A stretch of 63,413 nucleotides of DNA, counting the filler, from Octopus bimaculoides (taxonomy: Eukaryota), in the NCBI RefSeq assembly GCF_001194135.2. It is 4 parts of 4 records of this genome, joined end to end, with 100 filler letters (N's around TTAATTAATTAA, not from the genome) between each part and the next. Parts side by side here need not be neighbours in the genome. Positions count along the whole stretch, not along the records: positions 1 to 6,075 come from NC_068982.1; positions 6,176 to 27,077 come from NC_069002.1; 2 more parts are not named here. One strand, 5' to 3'. This document shows, piece after piece, positions 1 to 10,621 of this stretch. Position 1 is the first letter of the stretch. Each line of letters begins with the position of its first letter. The position numbers and the translations under genes were made by a program. The notes beneath the pieces are model-generated. The model ran no database searches, was not told the DNA's origin, and worked only from the letters and a program-made list of their open reading frames with translations.

Positions 1-5
1 TAGGC

Positions 6-78
6 TATTCCGCTGACGATAGTTGGCCTTGCAAAATAATTTGTTTTGCTAAAATAACTTGAAACCTGGTTCGGAATA
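6..78 (+). ncRNA. Type I hammerhead ribozyme motif (U10.1-U11.1 variant, GUU triplet)
   Basis: TATTCCG(6-12) CTGACGA(13-19) T AGTT..AACT T GAA(61-63) ACCTGGT T CGGAATA(72-78). Stem I is a perfect 7 bp, the core is intact, and stem III is near-palindromic. Confidence 0.8.
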
Positions 79-312
79 TAGATGGTAAATGTTTTTATTT
101 TTCATTCCTTATCGAAATTATCTCAAATTTTGCGGTGTAGAGCTTTGACTGCTCTTTCTAGCGGGTCAGATGTCCTTTTATGGGCATCTCTAATGTGTAT
201 TAAAATGTACACTGTATTTTACATGAATAATATATAGTCTGTTGACTAATTTTTTTTCTTGCTACACCACTGGTAGTAAATTAAATTTCTTAATTTTTTG
301 CTACCCTAAGAC

Positions 313-347
<35 letters not shown>

Positions 348-713
348 CATATTGAAGATGAATAAAAATGAAAATGCATCTTTAAAAAAAAATGTTTTGG
401 GTGTTTTAATTAATTTACATGCTTCGGTTTTTTTGAAAAACTTTATCAAAAATGAATATAAAACATGTGAGAAGAGAAAAGATCTATTAATAAAATAAAA
501 TTGAAATTAAAATTAAGAATGACATTCATCGTTTACTGTTATTTCTTGCATGCACACGTGGTCCTTTCGTTGAGTTCTGAAAACATGGTAATTCCAACTT
601 GTGCTAGTAGATTACTACTATCTGTTTTAGGAAATTATATATATACCTAATAGATAGATGTATATATATAATAGACATATATATATATAGTATGAATATA
701 TTATATATATATA

Positions 714-828
714 TCATCATCATCATCATCATCATTTAACGTCCGCTTTCCATGCTAGCATGGGTTGGACGATTTGACTGAGGACTGGTGGACCAGGAGG
801 CGACACCAGGCTCCAATCTGATTTGGCA
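714..828 (-). mobile_element. 3' end of RTE-type LINE (short, 5'-truncated) with (GAT)n tail
   Basis: Reverse complement of the CCAACCCATGCTAGCATGGAAAGCGGACGTTAAA(TGA)n terminus also seen at ~1999-2046 and 5844-5900. Confidence 0.8.
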
Positions 829-887
829 AACAGATATATGTATATACATAATAGACATATATATATATATAGATATATATATATAGC

Positions 888-2046
888 AAGTTGTTGGACC
901 AGGTAATGAAGGTCACTGAGAGGGTCATAGCCCAACTAATTAGGGAGCAATAAACACTGAGAATGTGAAGAAAACAACCTTTGCCACACTCCAGGAAGAA
1001 AAACTAGAAGTAGTTGATAGCTTCCGCTACCTAGGTTACCAAGTTAGTAGTGGGGGAGGGTGCGCTGAAAGCGTAGCTCCTAGAATAAGAATAGCCTGGG
1101 CAAAGTACAGAGATCTCTTACCTCTGCTGGTGACAAGGGGCCTCTCACTCAGAGTAAAAGGCAGACTGTATGACGCATGTGTACGAACAGCCATGCTTCA
1201 TGGCAGTGAAACATGGGCCGTGACTGCTGAAGAAATGCGTAGGCTCGCAAGGAATGAAGCCAGTATGCTCCGATGGATGTGTAATGTCAGTGTGCATACT
1301 AGACAGAGTGTAAGTACCTTGAGAGAAAAGTTGAACCTAAAAAGCATCAGTTGTGGTGTGGAAAAGAGATGATTGCGCTGGTATGGTCATGTAGCGAGAA
1401 CGGATGAGGATAGCTGTGTGAAAAAGTGCCACATCCTAGCAGTTGAGGGGACCTGTGGAAGAGGTAGGCCCAGGAAGACCTGGGACGAGGTGGTGAAGCA
1501 AGACCTTTGAACTTTAGGCCTTACTGAGGCAATGACTAATGACTGGGACCTTTGGAAATATGCTGTACGTGAGAAGACCCAGCAAGCCAAGTGAGGGCAT
1601 AAGCTGTGACCTCTGCCAGAAGCATGGCCAGCTCACTTATTCGTATCTTTACATCATTGGACACTAAACTCTGTTTGCTAAGACCTGTTGAGGCAAGTGA
1701 AATTGAAATTGGACCCTACTCGATGACTGGCACCTGCGCCAGTGGAGCAGTAACAGCACTGTCCGAGTGTGTTCATTGCCAGAGCAGCTCTCTGGCTTCC
1801 GTGCTAGTGGCCCGTAAATAGCACCATTTGAGCGTAATCGTTACCAGCATCGCCTTCTAGCACTTGTGCTGGTGGCACGTTAGGAAATCATTTGAGTGAG
1901 TTCGTTGCCAGTGCCGCTGGACTGGCTCCCGTACAGGTGGCACGTAAAAAACACCTTTTGAGCGAGGCCATTGCCAATACCGTTTGACTGGCCCTTATCC
2001 AACCCATGCTAGCATGGAGAGCAGATGTTAAACGATGATGATAATG
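888..2046 (+). mobile_element. RTE LINE copy 1: internally deleted ORF2 remnant, 3'UTR and (GAT)n tail
   Basis: KLLDQVMKVTERVIAQLIRE (888-947) joined to AINTENVKK..EVVDSFRYLG..AMLHGSETWAV..RLRWYGHV..GRGRPRKTWDEVV..KTQQAK* (1594). Premature TGA stops at 1370 and 1508. 3' terminus at 1999-2046. Confidence 0.92.
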
Positions 2047-2199
2047 ATATGTATTATAAATATATAATATATATATATAATATATAATATATATACACAT
2101 ATATATTATATGTATATATATAATATATATATATATATACATATAATATATATACACACATATAATATATATACACATATAATATATATACATATAATG

Positions 2200-2230
<31 letters not shown>

Positions 2231-2235
2231 TAAAC

Positions 2236-2274
<39 letters not shown>

Positions 2275-2340
2275 TATATACATATAATATATATATACAC
2301 ATATAATATATACACATATAACATATATATATAATATATA
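2047..2340. repeat. Compound (TA)n-rich microsatellite
   Basis: Almost pure TA with interspersed CA/TAA variants. Confidence 0.95.
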
Positions 2341-2345
2341 CAAAC

Positions 2346-2515
2346 AGGCATAGGAGTGGCTGTGTGGTAAGTAGCTTGCTTATGAACCACATGTTTCTGG
2401 GTTCAGTCCCACTGCATGGCACCTTGGGCAAGTGTCTTCTACTATAACCTCAGGCCAACCAAAGCCTTGTGAGTGGATTTGGTAGACAGAAACTGAAAGA
2501 AGCCTGTCGTATATA
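2346..2515 (+). mobile_element. tRNA-derived SINE family A, 5' half
   Basis: Head GGAGTGGCTGTGTGGTAAG..GGTTCAGTCCC (A/B-box-like), then GCACCTTGGGCAAGTGTCTTCTACTAT..GAAAGAAGCC. Matches copies at 15936, 39745 and 56134. Confidence 0.9.
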
Positions 2516-2883
2516 TTCATATATATTATATGTATATATATATATTACATGTGTGTGTGTGTGTGTGTGTGAGATGGTTAAATAGAGGGAAATGGGAAAT
2601 AGTAGAGTTCAATATAAGGGGTTACTTTGGAAAAGGATGGAAATAAGAAGTATAAAGGGAAATAAGAAAATAAAAGTATATGTAAGATGTTATAGTTGAG
2701 TTTATATTTTGTCACTACAGATGGAATGTGCGGAGATGTAGATTCCATGTACTGTTCATTCAAAGGAGTCTTTGAATGAACAGACCCTTTTGAATGAAGA
2801 AGCACATTTTTATTACCATGTTAGTCCCATAACGAAATGGTACTAACACAGTAATAAAAATTGGAATAAACAATTTATTTGGG

Positions 2884-4390
2884 ATAAGTAGGAAGGCAGA
2901 CAAATCACAAATCCCTTCAGTTAGATGTCCCTGCTCAATCTGTATAAAAGGTGTAGACAGAAACTCCATAAGATGTACCCGGTATAAGCTATGGACACAT
3001 AAGAGGTGCTGCAATATCAGTGGAAAATTAACAGAGAAAATTGTTTTTGTGTGTGAAAGGTGCACAGGTACAATAAATACCAAAAATATACAGAAAATAG
3101 ATTCCATCACATACCAGGAGGGTAAAAGAGTAGTTGATAGGTTCCGTTAGGTAGGTGACAAAGTCAGTAGCAGGGGCAGATGCTCTGAGAGCATAGCTGC
3201 TAGAAAAGAATAGCCTGGGAAAAGTTCAGAGAGCTTCTATCTCTGCTGGTAACAAAAGGCTTCACGCTCAGAGTGAAAGGCAGACTGTATGATGCCTGTG
3301 TGTGAACAGCCATGCTACACGGCAGTGAAACATGGGCTGTGACTGCTGAGGACATGCATAGGCTTGAAAGAAATGAAGCTAGTATGCTCCACTGGATGTG
3401 TAATGTCAGTTTGAATGCACAACAGAGTGTAAGCATCCTGAGAGAAAAGTTTGACACGGGCAGTATGAGATGTGGTGTGTAAGAGAGACGACTGCATTGG
3501 TATGGTCATGTGATGCATATGGACGAGGACAGCTGTGTGAACAAGTGTTGCACTGTAATGGTGGAGGGAACCTGTGGAAGAAGTAAACCCAGGAAGACAT
3601 GTTGATGAGGTGGTGAAGCGCGAGCTTTCAATGTTTGGCCTCACAGAGACAATGACAAGTAACTGAAACCTTTGGAAATATGCCATGCTTGAGAAGACCC
3701 ATCAAGCCAAGTGAGATCGTACTTGTGGCCAATGCCAGTGTCGTGTAACTGGCCCGTTAAAAGTGCCCTTCAATCGTTGGGTGATATGCTATACTTATGA
3801 ATACCTGTAGAACTGAGTGAAATCATAGTCATGGCTGATGCCAGTGCTGGCTGGCTGGTACCCTTGCCAGTGGCATGTAAAAAGCACCATTCATGCATTG
3901 GGCCTCATGGAGGAAGTGACATCAAGCCGAGTGTCGTGTAACTGACCCGTTAAAAGCACCCTTCAATTGCTGGGCGATATGCTGCACTTGTGAAGACCTG
4001 CTGAACAGAGTGAAATCATAGTTGTGGTTGATGCCAATGCTGTGTGACTGGCACCCGTGCTGGTGACACATAAGAAGCACCATTCAAGTATTGGGCCTCA
4101 TGGAGGCAGTGATAAGTGATCAAGATCCTTGGCGATATACCATGCTTCTGTTGACATGTCAAGCCACGTGAGACTATAGTTGTGATCGATGCCAGTGACA
4201 GTTCCATGGCGCCTGTGCCAGTGGAATGTTAAAAACACCCACTACACTCTCAGAGTGGTTGGCATCATGAAGGGTGCCCAGCCATAGAAACCTTGCCAAA
4301 TCAAATTGGAACCTGGTGCAACCCCTCCCCCCACCTTACCAGTTTTCAGTCAAACCGTCCAACCCATGCTGTTATATGATGGTAATGATA
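2884..4390 (+). mobile_element. RTE LINE copy 2: ORF2 C-terminal part with PHD-like finger, duplicated 3'UTR and 3' terminus
   Basis: ISRKADKSQIPSVRCPCSICIKGVDRNSIRCTRYKLWTHKRC..VCERCTG..VVDRFR*VGD..AMLHGSETWAVTAED..RLHWYGHV. Frameshift near 3210 plus stops. CCAACCCATGCT terminus at ~4359-4372. Confidence 0.92.
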
Positions 4391-4472
4391 CACACACTCA
4401 CACACATATATGTGCATATATAAATGTGTGTGTGTGTATCCAAAAATTGGACAATAGAGTAGATAAAATCCA

Positions 4473-4556
4473 GACTACATATGTTTCATAGCTAGCAGAA
4501 CCTTGGAAGTAGTAATTATCCAAATGAGAGGTAGACGGCTAGCTACTCATCAGGCC
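4473..4556 (-). ncRNA. Type I hammerhead ribozyme motif (GUA triplet, palindromic stem III ACAUAUGU)
   Basis: Minus strand reads GGC CTGATGA G TAGCTAGC..(41 nt)..GCTAGCTA T GAA ACATATGT A GTC. Core intact, 8-bp stem II closed by G-U, 3-bp stem I. Confidence 0.85.
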
Positions 4557-4631
4557 AAGGATGCCTTGATTACATGAAGTTTACATTGTCATTAGGAGAT
4601 TCTGTGTTAACTTGCTGAGGGTTCGATCAAA

Positions 4632-4688
<57 letters not shown>

Positions 4689-4807
4689 GGTAAAGCAAAT
4701 TTTAGAGGTAATACTTGATAATTGTAAGCACCTGTATATGCCAGATAGTGGCCGAGGTGAAAGAATAAATTAAAAACGTAAAATCAAAACAAAACACAAA
4801 GGATTCC

Positions 4808-4906
4808 ACGGAACACGTGTTTCAAGCTTTATACACAAACAGTCGTTGCATCATAATATGAGTATATAATTGATAGATAGGATGGTATAAAGCTATCTTC
4901 AGCCGC
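4808..4906 (-). ncRNA. Type I hammerhead motif in IR1 left arm (GUU triplet)
   Basis: Minus strand: GCGG CTGAAGA T AGCTTTATAC..GTATAAAGCT T GAA ACACGTGT T CCGT. Confidence 0.75.
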
Positions 4907-5002
4907 AAATATATTCTTTCCCAAGATTATATCACAAAGAAGAAATCACTAAGAAAAAAGAAAAAGAGAGAGAAACAGGAGAGAGTGGGAAAGAATATAT
5001 TT

Positions 5003-5101
5003 GCGGCTGAAGATAGCTTTATACCATCCTATCTATCAATTATATACCCATATAATGATGCAATGGGTGTTTGTGTATAAAGCTTGAAACATGTGTACCG
5101 C
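5003..5101 (+). ncRNA. Type I hammerhead motif in IR1 right arm (GUA triplet)
   Basis: GCGG(5003-6) CTGAAGA(5007-13) T AGCTTTATAC(5015-24)..GTATAAAGCT(5075-84) T GAA ACATGTGT A(5097) CCGC(5098-5101). Confidence 0.82.
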
Positions 5102-5132
5102 GGAATCCTTTGTGTTCTGTTTTAATTTTACA

Positions 5133-5169
<37 letters not shown>

Positions 5170-5445
5170 TATATATGCATATATATAAGTATGTATATTT
5201 GTATTTAGACACAATATATTAAGATTTAGTTGAATAAGGTACTGGGTTAGGTCAGAATTAAAATGCATACAGAGCAATTATAGACAAATGCCAACATTAG
5301 TAGAGAAGTACTGGTAGAAGGATATGTATGCAATTGACTGAACCCAAATAAGAATATCATCAGCCCTTGGAATAATTCAGAAACACACCTTTTATTAAAT
5401 ATAGAGTCCGTAATATACTTCAGAACATGTGAGGGGAAGGTGTCA

Positions 5446-5533
5446 ATTCATTACAACTGTTTCTAACGAATTCTTCAATTGATCAATGAGTACATCATAT
5501 CATTATAAAAAAAAACATTGTCTTCAGATGAAT
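5446..5533 (-). ncRNA. Type I hammerhead motif in IR2 left arm (GUA triplet)
   Basis: Minus strand: ATTCAT CTGAAGA CAATG..CGTTA GAA ACAGTTGT A ATGAAT. Perfect 6-bp stem I; stem II weak (C10.1-A11.1). Confidence 0.75.
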
Positions 5534-5675
5534 ACATGAATTTAACAATCAAGAACATCAATAATAATAAACATATTTGGTGATGCCATGATCGATGCTT
5601 ATCAACATGTGTCAATCGTGGAACCACCAAATATGTATGTGCTGTGAATTAAAAATATGATTGTAAAATTCGTGT

Positions 5676-5761
5676 ATTCATCTGAAGAAAAGAATTTTTT
5701 ATAATTATATAATGTACTCATTGATCAATTAAAGAATTTGTTAGAAATGGCTGCAATAAAT
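5676..5761 (+). pseudogene. Degenerate hammerhead copy in IR2 right arm
   Basis: ATTCAT CTGAAGA..GTTA GAA ATGGCTGC A ATAAAT. Stem III, the cleavage triplet (GCA) and stem I are mutated. Confidence 0.6.
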
Positions 5762-5804
5762 TAACACCTATCCGACATTTGTCAATTATTTATTTTGTAT
5801 TTAG

Positions 5805-5843
<39 letters not shown>

Positions 5844-5844
<1 letters not shown>

Positions 5845-6075
5845 CATCATCATCATCATCATCGTTTAACGTCCGCTTTCCATGCTAGCATGGGTTGGAC
5901 GATTTGACTGAGGACTGGTGCAACCAGATGGCTACACCAGGCTCCAATCTAATTTGGCAGAGTTTCTACAGCTGGATGCACTTCCTAACGCCAACCACTC
6001 AGAGAGTGTAGTGGGTGCTTTTACGTGTCACCCGCACGAAAACGGTCACGCTCGAAATGGTGTCTTTTATGTGCC
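5844..6075 (-). mobile_element. 3' end of RTE LINE running into a gap
   Basis: (CAT)n then CGTTTAACGTCCGCTTTCCATGCTAGCATGGGTTGG, near-identical to 714-828. Confidence 0.85.
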
Positions 6076-6175
6076 NNNNNNNNNNNNNNNNNNNNNNNNN
6101 NNNNNNNNNNNNNNNNNNNTTAATTAATTAANNNNNNNNNNNNNNNNNNNNNNNNNNNNNNNNNNNNNNNNNNNN
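6076..6175. other. Artificial gap spacer: 44 N + TTAATTAATTAA + 44 N (assembly artefact)
   Basis: The identical 100-bp construct recurs at 27078-27177 and 52626-52725. TTAATTAATTAA gives stops in all six frames. Confidence 0.95.
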
Positions 6176-6229
<54 letters not shown>

Positions 6230-6244
6230 GCTTTACTTGTTGGT

Positions 6245-6540
6245 CTATGGGTAACCTGGAGCGTATTTTTGAAAAGACTAGTCAAAAAAATCGATCCAGG
6301 TACATTTTTTACTTTAAGTACTTTATATATCGGTCACGATTTTCGAACCAATAAGTTACAGGGACTTCAACAAACCAACACCGTTTGTCAAGTGTTGATG
6401 AAAACAAAAACACAAAAACATGCACACAAATTCACCCAGAAAACATTGGTCAGTGCGGAACTTGTAGTTGTAGACACTTTCCTGAGTTGCCACCTGGCCG
6501 CAAAGCGAGATTCTTAACCACATACCTATGCCCCTGCATG
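6245..6540 (-). mobile_element. Old degraded SINE A copy
   Basis: Diverged matches to the SINE A 3' part (AAGTTACAGGGAC..CACCGTTTGTCAAG) and head (TTAACCACA..TATGCCCCTGC). Confidence 0.55.
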
Positions 6541-7545
6541 GGTAGATAAACTGATATATTGATGGATACATGGGCAGACAGACACAGACAGATAGAAAGA
6601 AAGACAGACACAGGCAGATAGATAGACAGACAGACAAATATAGGTTTACACACACACGTTTTTGAATGAATTTATGTCTCTTTGTATTACATTAAACTGA
6701 AGTTTCGTGTTACTAGCCCCAATTAGATTATGACTGTGTGTACATTCATAGGTGCATACATACATACATACATGCATACATACTCGATGTCAAAAAGGGA
6801 TGAAAAGGAATCAACCAGATTATTCATTGAAGTAATCCACATGATATACAACGTACAATAGTGCCTGGTGTTAATCATGCGTGGCCTTAGCTGCTCATTG
6901 TCAATGATTAAATTCTGGCTGCTAAAAGATCGAACGACAATTGCCAATGTTGAGGGCGGCGGAGGGAGCACTAATAACAAAAACTACAGAAAATTAAAGA
7001 GGAGGGGAAGAACAAAAGAGCATTCACTGCAACGTATCTGCATTGGAATTTCAAATTGTATCGGTAATATCATTTACCGTTGGCCTTTGGTTCGGGGTCT
7101 GATGCAGTTTTAATGAAATAAGTAGCAAAACTATGTTTAGGTGTCGGTTCAATTAACTGTGCACTTCACTTGGAAATGTGAAGATAAAATAATCATAGTA
7201 ATAAACGACAACCTCTCTTTTGTGACTGTTCGAACAGATATTCATATTAGATGACCGATATAACGGTAATTCTATTTCGAATACACACACTAGCGCGCAC
7301 ACAGCCACACATGGACACTAACACACAGACACGCATACACCCTAACACAGAGACACATATACGCACTCACATAACAGTATCAACTCAGACAATCACGTAC
7401 ATACATTTCAAGAATGTATTACCCTTGTGTCACAATATCTCTTTCGCTAACAACGTTTCCATTCAGACACACGCGCGAACACACATCCTCTCTCCTTCTC
7501 TCTCCCTCCTTCTTGTTCTTTCTACGTGATTGTGTGCGTTAATTA

Positions 7546-7643
<98 letters not shown>

Positions 7644-8260
7644 CGCATGCTCTCATAATACTTATTAAATAAATAATAACCATCCCCGGCAGAGTTGGGT
7701 TATCGCTTTCTTGAGTGACAACAATCTTGTAAAATATTAAAGAAGCCGTCTACAGCAGGATTAATTCTACATTGCCCTGAACACACTAGTTCAGTAGAGG
7801 CACTCCGCATACAATCTCGATCTGTATATCTATATGTATAGGTTTATATCTATCTATCGATCTATATGCTTCTATAAATGTGTGTGTATACATGTACAGA
7901 TATATAAATATAGGAACACATGTATATAAACACACATACGCGCACACATACGCGCATACACACACGCACATAGAAACGCACACGAATGCACACTCACACG
8001 CATGCACACAAGCACACACACAGATTTGAGAACGTCCTGCTTACAGTGTGGTTACTGTGTCTGACAAAAGGTCTAACATCATTTTTTCGGTTCGTTGTGA
8101 ACAATGCACAAAGTCAGCCACGATAAAATTTGCCTTTAGTTTTAAAAAGGTTTCATGGCGAGAAACATGTACCCATTGAATTTCTGTGGTCAACATAATC
8201 AGCCTCACCTATTCCTAATATTCCTGGCCTTTAACCAATATTTTATTTCAAGAAAAAATA

Positions 8261-8432
8261 AAGCGGGTGAGCTAAGAGAATACTTAGTGCGTCTGACAAA
8301 ATGGTTGACAGTATTATTTCTGGATGTTTAGTTTCTGTGTTCAGTTTCTGCCGATGTTAACGTACTGCAGTCCATATACTCGACATGTCTCTCCCCTCAA
8401 ATTAGCTGGGCTTGTGCCAAAATTGTAAAGAA
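8261..8432 (+). mobile_element. Degraded SINE B copy
   Basis: AAGCGGGTGAGCTAAGAGAATACTTAG head, ending AAATTAGCTGGGCTTGTGCCAAAATT. Confidence 0.55.
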
Positions 8433-8918
8433 TAAACGTTTTCAACCTTCTATTACTTGATGGTCACGTATGGGTGCTGCCATAACAAAGGTATGTTTGA
8501 GCTTATTCTTTTCAACATTTTACGTTCTGACTACTGCTGGTTCCTTTCAGAAGAATGTCAGACACACAAGAGTGAGAGAAACAGAGGATATTACCGGACA
8601 AGTGTTTTATTTATTGAAAGCGACAGAATGAAATACAAAGTTGTCTTTAGTGGATTCGAACTCAAGGCGTAGAGAAGTGGAATAATTACTGCAGTTACAT
8701 TTAGCAGCCTCTCTGACGACTCAACTATCAAACCAATATGTATGTATGTATGTATGTATGTATACAAATGTGTGTATGTATGTATATATATATATCTATC
8801 CATATATGCGTGTGTATTTATATATGTATATACATATATGTAAGTATATCTATGTATATTTGTAGGTATATATATTTATATATATGTAAGTAGGTATGTT
8901 TGAATGTTTACGGAGGTA

Positions 8919-8961
<43 letters not shown>

Positions 8962-10114
8962 NNNNNNNNNNNNNNNNNNNNNNNNNNNNNNNNNNNNNNN
9001 NNNNNNNNNNNNNNNNNNNNNNNNNNNNNNNNNNNNNNNNNNNNNNNNNNNNNNNNNNNNNNNNNNNNNNNNNNNNNNNNNNNNNNNNNNNNNNNNNNNN
9101 NNNNNNNNNNNNNNNNNNNNNNNNNNNNNNNNNNNNNNNNNNNNNNNNNNNNNNNNNNNNNNNNNNNNNNNNNNNNNNNNNNNNNNNNNNNNNNNNNNNN
9201 NNNNNNNNNNNNNNNNNNNNNNNNNNNNNNNNNNNNNNNNNNNNNNNNNNNNNNNNNNNNNNNNNNNNNNNNNNNNNNNNNNNNNNNNNNNNNNNNNNNN
9301 NNNNNNNNNNNNNNNNNNNNNNNNNNNNNNNNNNNNNNNNNNNNNNNNNNNNNNNNNNNNNNNNNNNNNNNNNNNNNNNNNNNNNNNNNNNNNNNNNNNN
9401 NNNNNNNNNNNNNNNNNNNNNNNNNNATATATATATATATATATATACGGAACATTTTTCGTTTGCCGGTTTCAAAACTTAGACTTAATAGCCATTGGTG
9501 TGAAACTTATTGTATCAAACCAGGAAATATTCCGCACATTGCTTTCACGTCTAATCAAGTCTTTTCGAAACGTTGATATTAATACAGAAACATAGAATGC
9601 TGATAAGAAAATACCAAAACACCATAATAGAGAATAAAAGATATTTTAATAAATATACGTAGATATAGATATATATGCGTAGAAAAATCAAGAAATTTTC
9701 ATGGCTTTGCTAGTTTGTGTGACCGACTGTGGCTATTTATGTCCGTAGGTATGTATATCGCTGTGTATATAATAATATATTATTATATATACAAAACAGC
9801 ATACATACTTATAAACATAGACAATCACAGTTGGTCGTGTTAACGAGCAACATAACGAAAAGCTCGATGAAGCGACAGAATTAATAATCAGTTTTATAGT
9901 AGAATAGGACAAGTAAAATATAAAGATAATATGTTCGTTGCAAAATGTATAGGTATCTATGTACTTGTGAATCTGCTCTTCATTTTGTCCACCAGTTTCA
10001 ATAGTCTGAATAGGTTCCTACTGGATAATTATGTGTTATTTCAGAGACAACATTTGACCGCAGAATATATTTCATGGTGATTCTTATTTTATTAATCATT
10101 ATTTTTGGCGATTG

Positions 10115-10332
10115 TAAGGCAGCGAGGTGGCTGACCCGTCAGCACGCCGGGCACGCCGGGCTTGGCAGCATTTCGTCTGTCTTTACCTTCTGAGTTCTTA
10201 TTACGCCGAGGTCGACATAACCTTTCATCCTTCCACGGTCGGTAAAATAAGTATCAGTTGAGGAATGGGGTCGATGTACTCAAACTTACCCCCATCCATC
10301 GAACTAGCTAACCTTGTGTCAAAAATTTGAAA
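10115..10332 (+). mobile_element. SINE B copy
   Basis: TAAGGCAGCGAGGTGGC head, CCTTTCATCCTTCCACGGTCGGTAAAATAAGTATCAG body, CCTTGTGTCAAAAATTTGAAAC tail. Confidence 0.8.
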
Positions 10333-10621
10333 CAAATATTTTGTCAAGAAAAAAATACATGTACGGGACTCGGACATGAGTACGAACACACACACGCTCA
10401 TATATGAATGTATATGCACGAGATAGTTCTCTGATCAGTCTTCGTCTTACAAATTCCATTGACCAGGAACTGATTAACTCAGCGCAATAAAAGAAAACGT
10501 TTGGTGGCGTAAATGAATACGATATCAATGGGATGCAAAATGAACTTCTTCACCAAACAGTCGTGACTGCACGTATATGTATATACACATTATTATATAT
10601 ATATATATATATATATATGTA

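Larger units (their letters stand above)
4769..5140. repeat. Inverted repeat IR1 (arms 4769-4922 and 4987-5140), Penelope pLTR-like
   Basis: Two ~154-bp arms that are reverse complements with few mismatches, around a 64-bp purine-rich spacer. Each arm carries a hammerhead. Confidence 0.93.
5210..5793. mobile_element. Penelope-like insertion containing inverted repeat IR2 (arms 5439-5582 and 5625-5768)
   Basis: Arms are diverged reverse complements. The unit is flanked by the direct repeat TTTGTATTTAGA (5198-5209 and 5794-5805) and has hammerhead motifs in both arms. Confidence 0.7.

Noticed and set aside
8100-8178. GAAACATGTA with an upstream GCCA/TGGC stem, hammerhead-like
   Set aside because: No recognisable CUGANGA core upstream.
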